DNA of 63,923 bases, counting the filler, from Platydemus manokwari (lineage: Eukaryota), in assembly GCA_037951405.1 (NCBI GenBank). It is 6 parts of 6 records of this genome, joined end to end, with 100 filler letters (N's around TTAATTAATTAA, not from the genome) between each part and the next. Parts side by side here need not be neighbours in the genome. Positions count along the whole stretch, not along the records: positions 53,524 to 63,923 come from JBBMOY011136995.1; 5 more parts are not named here. One strand, written 5' to 3'. Both the position numbers and the translations under genes were made by a program. Positions within the stretch are counted from its first letter, which is position 1, and each line of letters starts with the position of its first letter. Below, one piece after another: positions 53,651 through 63,923 of this stretch. The notes under the pieces are model-generated. The model ran no database searches. It was not told where the DNA came from and worked only from the letters and a program-made list of their open reading frames with translations.

Positions 53651-54601
53651 ATGACGGATAAAACTGATTTGGAAAAAATAGGGCTATTTAAGGAAATGGG
53701 TTACCACACAATAGGTGATCCATATAAGCCAAATTTTATAACATCAAGAGATGGTATATTAAAAGGGAAAGGCTTTCTTGGTGATACTACAAGAACAAAA
53801 TGTGCTAACGATGATGGATATTTTACGAAACCATTTGTCAGATTATTTCAAGGTGAAAGTGATTCAAATATGGTCGTAATAAGAAGGCGCTGGAGAAACA
53901 AAAATGCTGAATTAAATCTGGGAAAGGCTTTTATTATACCTTCTCCGGCAAAAATGCAATCAGGGATTGGTTCAAGATTAGGATGCATGGAAGAAATCAT
54001 TCCATATTTTTCAGGAATTCCAAAAACACGACCCGAAATACCAAAAGAAAAAAGGAATTTCATAACTAATCCTGGAAAAAAGGGAACTGGATATGGTTAT
54101 GTTGATGTGTGTTTAAATCCTTATCCTGAATCACAACCAGAACATTATGATAATGCTAGAAATATGTATTTTCGTAAAGATATGGCCGAACATCAATTAA
54201 AATCACTTAATAGAAGAGAGTTCATACCTGCTGGTTCATATGGAAGATATTTCGATCCAAATCCATTTCAAAGTGATGTTAATCTGGGTGGTCTTGATAT
54301 GTTAAAAACAAAACCTGTGGTCTACTATCAGAAGAAAACGTTTATTCCAACCAGCTATCCTAAAAAATCTGGGGGTATGAAAGCCGGAACTCTGACTCCT
54401 TATCCTCCTGCAATGCCTGCAGAATATAAAGACTCTGGCATACAATATTTGGTTCGGGACATACGAAACAATACTAACAAATTGTACAACCGAATTCCAG
54501 GTTCAAAATCATGTATTTATAAATCAATTCTTCAAATGAATGTTAATTTTCGTGTCAACAATCTCAATTCACATTCAATTAAAACGGTTATGAACTACTA
54601 A
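53651..54601 (+). CDS. CFAP96: Cilia- and flagella-associated protein 96 / C4orf47 (UPF0602) homolog
   Basis: 316-aa intronless ORF. KTDLEKIGLFKEMGYHTIGD.Y, GYF...FVRLFQGE, NLGKAF, N..TNPGKKGTGYGY and KKSGGMKAGT match the family signature as I recall it. Confidence 0.9.
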   Translation: MTDKTDLEKIGLFKEMGYHTIGDPYKPNFITSRDGILKGKGFLGDTTRTKCANDDGYFTKPFVRLFQGESDSNMVVIRRRWRNKNAELNLGKAFIIPSPAKMQSGIGSRLGCMEEIIPYFSGIPKTRPEIPKEKRNFITNPGKKGTGYGYVDVCLNPYPESQPEHYDNARNMYFRKDMAEHQLKSLNRREFIPAGSYGRYFDPNPFQSDVNLGGLDMLKTKPVVYYQKKTFIPTSYPKKSGGMKAGTLTPYPPAMPAEYKDSGIQYLVRDIRNNTNKLYNRIPGSKSCIYKSILQMNVNFRVNNLNSHSIKTVMNY

Positions 54602-55009
54602 GAAAAGTCTAAAAGAATCACAATGAATTTTAATGGGTTGGAAACTATTCGGCCCATAAACAGATATCTGAGCTTGAATTATGAAGATCACAGCCTAAGG
54701 ATGTCTGCAATAGGTTAATAGAAATTTCAATAAATGTCTTTAAAATTTTGATAATTTGTTGTAATTAGCAAAATTATTCAATTATAGGTGAGAAGGTTAT
54801 TTTTCCGATTTCTTTTTCTAATTGGACTTAAGAATACTTAATAGTTATGATATGAATTAAAGGAAAGATAATATTAATAATAATAACCTTAAAAAATAAT
54901 GTAATATTAAAAAAACATTCTAAACAAGAAATATTTCAATAATACATTATGTAGAATAGAGTCGAAATCTTGAAAAAGGAAAACAATTTTACACCTTGAA
55001 GCCCTTAAT

Positions 55010-55295
55010 TTAGCACTTTAAGCATTTACATATCTACACAACCATACAGTTATGATAATCAACCAATCACAGAAGATTTAGATGGGAAATTATATTTCGA
55101 AAATGGACATAGCCACGTAGTAACAATCACATAGGAATTTACCAAACCGAAGTATACAAAATAAATAAATTCAATAGAAATTTGAGAAACAAAGATCAAA
55201 TCAAAATGTGATACAAACGTGATAAAAAATTACACTCAAATCTCAAGTATAAATACCGAATTAAAGGTGTCCAACTGCCAATTGGAAGTCAAGCT
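55010..55295 (+). repeat. Interspersed repeat, copy 2 (see 10335-10600)
   Basis: Colinear similarity to 10335-10600. Confidence 0.75.
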
Positions 55296-58200
55296 TTAGA
55301 TTGTATTTGTTGCGATGTTTTACGGAGTATTAAAAGTACTGATTAGTGCATGTTAAGGAAAATACAGATAACAACTTTCAATTCTTCTGTTGTTAACAAT
55401 CAATTATTTGCCACTCAATTTAAAATGAAATTAATAAACTGATGGATCTTTTCAATTATTTTCATCTCAACATGAAACATATTCAATCAACCTTGGAAAC
55501 TTTATGAACTATATGTGAATAAATAAATTATCAAATTAATTAAATTCATATTATGCTTACGGAAGCAATTTATATTGGTTATCACTAATCAGATGAATAA
55601 ATGTATTTTGATTATGCAAAACACGACAGCATAATCCGGAGGCTGCAATAAAACAATTGAAATCTTATTATGAAAGGCTGATTTCAATTACTATAGCTAT
55701 TTGACTTTAATCAAATATAACTATCTATTATAGAGGATTATCGCAATGATTTATTAAAAAATTAACATTAAAATCATAGGAATTCAATGGGACTTTAATA
55801 TCACATTAGTGACACAATTGGGTCTGGGGAATCAGTCCACGGTTTTGGTATTAGGATGATCAGTGAAATGATTGTATTAATGCTTTGTGGTTGGAATTCC
55901 ATGCTTACAGTGTTTATTGAGAATTTCGGTATAATTATTAAATCGAAATAAATCATCACGGAAGTAAAAACCATTAATTTTAATTCATCGAATATATATT
56001 TGAAATAACAATTTAATTGTAACTTCAGTGGAACCTGTTTATGAATAATAATAATAATAATAGAAACTGTTACATGTAAATAACCATTAATAATTTAGTA
56101 TTTATTTTATTTAAGAATTTGTGTATGATCACATTAATCGATATCCAATGAGCAAAATTCAACATGTTAATCTAATAATGTAGACTAAGCAATTTTTTAA
56201 CTAATTCTACAGTAATTATCACATATAAAAATATAATTCAATAAATATATAAAACAATGAATGTGAGATATTTTTATAATTTCAAAAAATTTGTTACTCA
56301 CAAACTTCAAATACAATTCGTTTTCTGAAGCATAAATCTGTCAATTCTTGTTCTTAATTATTACGCGATAAGAATAGCTTGTAGTACATAGTTAATATAT
56401 TTTCGCTTAGCATACTGATAATGAAATAATTCATTAATTAATAATGATTTTCAATAACAGTTGTTAATTAAAAATAATATCTAGAAACCTTATTATTAGT
56501 TGCTTGTATTATGATAATTAATAGTTTTAAATTAATTTATGAATCTTTAATTATACGACTGTACTTATAAATTATTAAATAAACAAATCGTTAATCTACT
56601 CATATATATATATATATATTCCTGTTACACAATCAAACAGATTTTATGAATCCATGGGTGATCGTCTTATCAATAGCGATCAAAATATTATTTACATTTA
56701 ATTAAAAAATTTCAGCTGCAAGCCATGATGATTGCCTAATCGCTAAAGAGTGACTCTGATTATATAATCGACAATCAAATAATCTCTTGTGTCTATCAAA
56801 CAGGAGTTCAAACACCTTCGATATTGCAACAAAACTCGTAATCAAATATATCAATTTCTTTTACTGCAGTTAAATGCTTTTATTGAATATATTATGATAT
56901 GATTTTATATTATGATTTTATATTATTATATTAAAAATTAAAAATAATTCCTATCATCTGCAAATCAATTAATTTAATAAAAATATATTTAAGAAAACTA
57001 AAAATAACAATCAGTCGGTATAAATAAGTTTACAAATAACGAGAAAAATAAATTTGGAAGCCGGAAGTTACTAAGGCTTGTGAAAAAGTTAAACTTAAAA
57101 GCATCCAGGTTCATATTAGCATCTTCTGGTTTGTGCAATAAAACATGGCGTATCCACTAATCAATTATTTTTTCACTGAGGCACATATATATGTGTGTGT
57201 GTGTTAATAAATCTACAAATACATTATATTCTCTTTTTATGTATATTTTTATTGGTTTTTCAGCAGGTATCTACAATATACAAACGAACCTGGCGTACAT
57301 AATTGAACTCACATAAAATTATTTCGTTTCATTCAATTCAGCTAATACAAAGGCCTAGATGGGGATACATGACTTAACAGAACACAAATAATATGTGTGT
57401 GCGTTTAAACTGTTTTGTAAGTTGATTAATTAATTTAGACACAAGTAAGATTTGAATTCGTCAAAATGACAGATTTCACGACTTAAGTTGATAAAAAGGG
57501 TTCTTTGACCTACTTTCGTTATAATAAATGAGATAATTTTATAATTGAACTACTATGTTCGATTTATTCGTACAATTCAGTCAATATCTCACTTTTTAGG
57601 ATGTTTAATAGGGATAAAAAATTAGTTTTAAAACCAAATTGCCATTCTAATCACAACACTTCTATATGATTATTTGAGGTTTTAAATTTAAATTTTTTAA
57701 TTATAAATTGAGTTAGTTAGTTACAGATATATTTAATAATAACATAGCTATTGTTATAAAATAATTGTAAAAATTGAGAATATCTTTCAATTTGTTTCTA
57801 ATGTTATAAAAAGGGGTCCTCGCTAATTTTCGACAAAATGCAATTCGACCTACATTTTTCAAATTATCAAATTTTAGTAAATTTTTAAGCTCTAATCCGT
57901 TCAATAATTAATTTCAAACAACTTTAATTATTCTTAAGTAATTAAATTAAAAATGTTTTTTGCTTTTATAACAATATAAAAAATTATTATTAAATACATT
58001 TATATTGATTTTTAATATTATATTCACATAGTTATAAAGTTCTTCTAAACAAATGCAAAGAGTTTTTGTCGTTCAAGTAAAATTTTAAATTTTAATTTTA
58101 ATAAACACTGCTAAGTTTATGATTTGGAATAAATTGATAAACATCATTGGACCGAAAATTGGAAAAATTAAAATTAGAAACTTTTAGATATTTTTAGATA

Positions 58201-59004
58201 TTCATAAAAATTGCTTATTGTGAAATGAGTGGTTCAGCAATAACAAATAAAATGTAAGAATACTTAAACATATCAAGTCAATACTCAGTTAGCTGCGCAA
58301 TATCATTGAAATTATCCACAAAGAAATCTCATAAAAATAAATTTCCAATTAACAGAGATTTTAACTAATTTTATAAACACTAAAAATAATATTCTGAGCG
58401 AGCTTTAAATAATGAGAGTATTGACTAGAATAATTTTAAATTTTATCACTTTAAAATTATATATGTGTGTGTCCGTGCGTGTGTGTTATCAAGATTTTAA
58501 AAAATATCATTTTTGAAATTAACAATCTTCACGGTGTTGATTGTAAATTTAAAGTTATTCCGCAACAATAGCAATCAATATTATTTCATGAGAAATTCCA
58601 GTTGCTATGAAATCATGTGGCAAATCTTTCAAATTTTAAACTCCAATTCCGGTAGATGTGATAAATAAAAAAGGAATTTACAAAACAAAGAAAATAAACA
58701 AACCAAAAACCAAGAGTCAAAACAGAATGGAAAACAATTCAAACAAGTTTATTCAATATTTCCAAAGAAATGTGCCTCCAGAAAACCACGATGAGTTCAA
58801 TGGATATACTTTATTGAGGAAAAATTAGAAATATTTTTAGCAATTACAAAATCGGAATAATTGTCAAGATTTAATCAAGTCGATGAGCTTGGTTATAAAA
58901 TAGAAACAACTGATTGGCTTAAATTAAGTAATAAAACACATTAATTATTTATTTTAATTATAATTTAGTTTTGGAATATTTCATAAAATTGTCAAGATTA
59001 ATGC

Positions 59005-59046
<42 letters not shown>

Positions 59047-59052
59047 TAATAA
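59005..59052. repeat. (AAT)n microsatellite
   Basis: Directly visible. Confidence 0.9.
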
Positions 59053-61199
59053 TTCAGTTGCATTAATAGCCTTCATGTATAAATACAATGTGTGTGAGTG
59101 TACAGAATAAAACCCCATTATCCAGAACTCATCAAATAAATACAGATCACTAGATTGTATTTATCATTTGCAAGAATAATAAAAATGAGTGTCTCTTGAG
59201 TACCTGAATCAAAATAATCAATTAATTAATTAAAAAAATGAAATCCAATTTAAGGTGGCTGGCACATAAAAGAATATAAATTAAAAGTGATATCAAATAT
59301 AAAAAATAATCTTATTCTCACGAATTCCTGAAGAAGTTACATAAGTTATAAATAATCGAAGTCACAAAATAAAAACACTAGCAGTTCTAATCTTTTTAAG
59401 TATCGAGTTCCGAATATATGAAAACTGAGCTTTGAAATACTGCACACTGGGGAAATAATAATTTTCTATAAAATTTCCCCAATTAAATTCGGGGGTTGAC
59501 TAAACGGAGTATCCAGTTTTAGAAAATGGTTATCAAATAATAAAGAATTTGAATGATGACATAATAATTAATGAGTAAAAGACAATCTGAAAGATTGACT
59601 AAAAATCGGTACAAAGGCTTGGTTAATTTTGCAGACAAAACTCTAATGAAAATTTAACGGACAAGTACATGAAATAAAACAATTGATGATTATTAGAATT
59701 AATAGAGGATTAACAGTTTCGAAACGACATTATTTGAAAGTGAAATCAGAACAAATCAAGATTTATCAATTGAAGTCTGACAGATTAATTCTAGTAGTAA
59801 CAATCATGAGTAGTAATAATATGTAATAATATGAAATTATCGAAAGATCATCTACTCTATAGTTGGTTGCGTTTCCAATCCTTTGAAATTAACCTTGTAA
59901 TATTTCATTTGAAATTTTAATAAGCGAAAATATTATTCAAACAAGGGTTTATCATTTTCTTTGAATAAGTTGTAAATTTCAGGGAACAGATGAACTCACC
60001 TGGTGAGGGAGAAACGACAGATACTGATTCAATATTAAATACACATTGTGTAATCAGCCAATAGACTACAAATAAGTGATTGGTAACCTGTATTAACCTT
60101 TATTTGAGATAAAGATTTTAATTACAGGAATTCTAGGAGCTCATAATGTCAAATACAATGTTTTATCTTATTTTTTTAAAATTTATTAAAGTTATTGTTT
60201 ATCTGTTATTTAATTATTCGAACCAATAATATTCGTACGATTATTCTTGTCCAAATAAATTTCAAGATAAATAAGAGAAAATCACGACAATTTCCGGGTT
60301 GATTTCAAAACATCATTTCATCTCAGGTAATCCATTGATTAGGAGCTTAAGTTAAAATGTTGGAATTTATTTCATCCATCATATTAATACAATAAATACT
60401 GATTTAAATTAACCATGATTTGTGTTTCAGATGAATTACATTTGATTGATAGCAGCGTTCGAGATTTCGCGATACTCTAATGTTTGATGAAGACTGAATT
60501 CGAAGTACTCATACATCCGAGATCGATATCAAGTTTCTCAGGATTCACAAAAGAGTATAATAAACCCACCACGGTTTGATCTAGTCCTTGGTCTACTCCA
60601 GCTATAAGCATGAATTATGGCTCCATGCATTGCACATACATAAATATTGATAAATTCGTAAATTCATACAAGCTTGTAGAAAAATAGTTGAAAAATTGAG
60701 AATAAAATCAATTTATTACAAAATCAGCCGGATGCACGCTTGACCCGAAATTAAAATAATTTGAAAAAAAAGTTATAAAAATAAGGTTTTTTTAAAAATT
60801 GTAAAAAAAATTTTCAATTCTTAAACGAAAAATAAGAATAATTAATTATAATTAATAAAAAATCCTGTCATACATTCTAATTTACCCATAAATGACATCT
60901 GGGTTATTCATTTATAATGCGTTACCATCGAAATTGACAATGTAATGCTGATTAATATATTCGATAATAAAAATTTACATCAATTTTTTGAACGGCCTAC
61001 AGACCTGATAACCCATATAACATAATCAATTCAGGCAGGCTGTCAAAAGATATATAAATTGCACCACATATTTATCTCTCATTGAAAATAGGTGCGAGAA
61101 AATAATGATTCACTTGTGGGAGATCGTTTTTGGGGAATAATAGTGTCAGAGCTAAGAATGTTCAGTCTCGATAAGCTTTCAAATGGCATTGTCAGCCAA

Positions 61200-61620
61200 G
61201 TGCCGGCTTTGCATTTTACTGGAGAATTACATTAATCTCTAACAATATTATTAAATAAATGTCGAACACTAGGATCACGAGAGATTTAACGTTTAGAGGA
61301 GAGCCTTTTTAATTAGTTATTGTCTAAAAATCTCCATTACATGTAACTTCATTATTATTTCTTATCAATTCCTTGTTTCTTTATTCTTAAATACAATTTC
61401 GTAAATTTGGCCATCTTGAGCAAGCATATCGTTAGATATTTTTGGCAGAATATATTTAAGATCTCTTTGTTGATTGATTCCTTAGAATTTATCAGGAGAT
61501 TTTGTTTTATCATTTCTATTGATAGAAAAGAATTATTTTGTAAAGTAAATAACTGAACTTCCTTGTTTTTCAGTAACTCTTCACTCAAAAAACCAACAGC
61601 TATTTAATCAGATTTAACTG
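61200..61620 (-). pseudogene. Possible DNA-transposase (hAT-like) fragment
   Basis: IAVGFLSEELLK...EILNIFCQKYLTICLLKMAK and a downstream GSPLN resemble middle regions of hAT-like transposases. No catalytic motif or TIR seen. Confidence 0.25.
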
Positions 61621-62721
61621 TTCTGAATAAACGTTATAAGTATTAAAAATATTAAAAATATATAATTTAAATTATCAGAACACAGGCGCATTAATAACAG
61701 ACTTTCTAATATAATAAAGAGAAAGGTTTTTATTCAAGATTTACAAATAATCAGTAATATATCAAGTACTATCGTTTTAATTTGAGAACAATAGCACCTT
61801 ATGCATAAATAATATATTGACTAAAAGAAATCATATACATATAATTAAATAAAGGTGTCAGATAACAGGATAAGTTTAGTGTAAATAATATAAAAGACAG
61901 CGCTGAAGTAAAATTAATTGTTACCATATTTCTGTATTGATGGTGGGATATTTCATAAATACGTACATTATTAATAATGGTCCTCGGTTCTTTCTCATTA
62001 CTCTCCGAGAAATTATTTCACGTTCCAAAAACACATTAATTTTTAATTACCATGACTACATTGAAGGAAATAAGTGTGCTTCTTATTTGCACAGTATTCG
62101 ATACCAAAAACATTTAATTCGTTTAAAATTAATAATTAAAATGTTCCAGTAAACATTGTCGTTTAATTTGACAGAACACAAAGAAAGCTGTATAGCTGTA
62201 TTGTCTGAAAAGAAAAGATAAAGCAATAACAAAAATAAATATTAATTTTATTGAGAATTTTGAGATTTTACGACACGTAAAAGTTATTTTGGTCCTTTAA
62301 TTTCAAAACGAAAATTTATTTTGCCACTTGTTAAAAGTTTTTCAAATAATAAATAAATTTTTTCTTTCGTAGAAAATTTGCTGAAATATAAAATTTTAAC
62401 AAGTAGTTTTTATCGATAAATTTAGAAAAATCTTTTATTGAATTTTATTATAACAAAATTTTCATTGATTTTTTTAAAAATTAAGTAATTTTTAAAATGA
62501 CAAACACGTCAAAGATAAAATTAAATTTTGTTTAATCAAATTGATTTAATTATTTAATGAAAATAATAATAACCAAATATTTAAATATTTCCTTAAAGTT
62601 TAAATCTTTTCAATTTCTTTAAAGTGCTTTCTTATTTTAGAATGGTATAGAACGGAACTGAATTTCAAACATTTCTTTGAATTATTTTGGAACTTTCAGT
62701 TAAAAATCTTTATCCAATACA

Positions 62722-63334
62722 ATGAATACTACAGTCGTACCTTATGCTGTCAAAGAAGAAACCAAAAAATATGATGTAAATTTTGATATTTATATTGATT
62801 TAAAATCTTTTTACCATCGATTTATTTTTCATTTGGGTTATTTTTTGATAAATTTAATTTCAACGATATTAGATGGCTCGAAATTATATGCAACCGAAAC
62901 ACAATGCTATGAATCATAAAATCACTTATCGACCATCGCATTCGACTAATAATTATTCCCCGTCTATTAATACTTCTAAAACGAGAAATCAATATAATTC
63001 TCCTATTGCTTCAAATAATCAATCATCTCGCATATATAACGGTCAACCAATTCAACAACCGCATTTTAATACTCAACCAATAAACGGTCCTCGGATTTAT
63101 CCTAACGGCACTTCAAGTACCAGTAGCCGAGGATCTATACCCGGACGAGGATCGACCGGAGGAAGTTCGGTATCGGAACGAAACGGTCCAACATTCGGCA
63201 AATACAAATTGATCCGAGAAATCGGAAAAGGAAATTTCGCAAAAGTTAAACTCGCACAACATTTGATAACGGGCAAAGAGGTTGCTGTGAAAATTATTGA
63301 TAAAACCAAGCTTAATACGTCGGCTTTACAAAAG
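62722..63334 (+). CDS. MARK: MARK/PAR-1 serine/threonine kinase, 5' exons (partial)
   Basis: Exon 62873-63334 encodes [46 protein letters not shown] and ends at AAG|GT, the intron position I recall being conserved in MARK genes. Probable first exon 62722-62775 (GAT|GTAAAT, phase 0, 97-nt intron). Confidence 0.93.
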
Positions 63335-63851
63335 GTGATTTCTATTTGTTTTTAAGTCAATTTCATGCGAGTTATTTTTGTATAAAAATCTATCACTTAC
63401 CATGCACAATTTTGTATGCAAAAAATATTTAAATCAATAAATGATAATTATATCGATATTTGTAATGATAATAATAATAATAATCATAATAATTCCGACT
63501 TTTTCAATTCAGATGATTAATATATTTTTATAATTGTGTGTGTGTGTGCGTATCGTGTAAATCATGTTGGGGATATTTGGTGCCAATAACTCGTCGAGTA
63601 GGATTGCAAAATTGCGCATGTTTACTACTGTCTGCATGTCTGCTTGTGTGTGTACATTATGTATGAAATATCCGTGCACTTCGTAGGTGTCACTTCCTGA
63701 ATTTAATGACTCGTTTTGAAGCCCGATTACGATTCGACAATCATTTCAACTGTGTTTATAAATACGGTCAGCGTTATTCTCAATGAAGACGCATTTATTG
63801 ATGGGGCCTGTTTCTAGTTCAATTATTTTTTGTGTGGTTGTTATTGGTGAA

Positions 63852-63852
<1 letters not shown>

Positions 63853-63923
<71 letters not shown>
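63853..63923. repeat. (ATT)n microsatellite
   Basis: Directly visible at the window end. Confidence 0.95.

Noticed and set aside
19800-60500. CTGATGA motifs as hammerhead ribozyme cores (e.g. ~19804, ~20634, ~22955, ~38879)
   Set aside because: No flanking stems or correctly placed GAAA found by eye; an Infernal scan would be needed to exclude them fully.
15684-63334. Functional gene cluster linking the POGZ-like gene, TRAF, PEX3, tolloid, CFAP96 and MARK
   Set aside because: The genes lie on separate, artificially joined contigs; only CFAP96 and MARK share a contig.

Overview
Very AT-rich eukaryotic (animal) genomic DNA with GT-AG introns and (ATT)n microsatellites. A free-living flatworm/planarian-type genome is my inference, not established. 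The window is not one locus: it is six contigs of about 9-13 kb joined by identical artificial 100-bp spacers (44 N + TTAATTAATTAA + 44 N). Host genes I recognise: a multi-exon POGZ/ZNF280/row-like C2H2 zinc-finger gene (partial), an intronless TRAF, PEX3, two CUB-domain exons of a tolloid/BMP1-like gene, an intronless CFAP96/C4orf47, and the 5' exons of a MARK/PAR-1 kinase. Mobile DNA is abundant: a full-length but decayed Ty3/Gypsy element, a mariner remnant in an intron, hAT elements, a Tc2/pogo-type MITE and a 380-bp fold-back element. The most interesting signals are (i) a decayed Polinton/adintovirus-like virion module (penton, adenain-type protease, fiber-like repeat), (ii) a decayed ~3.6-kb element with a Pif1-like helicase and a possible Ulp1-like protease, and (iii) a divergent, possibly Ras-fold gene whose intron hosts the Gypsy element. 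I see no intact, clearly novel system. All family calls are from motif recognition and hand translation, without database searches.
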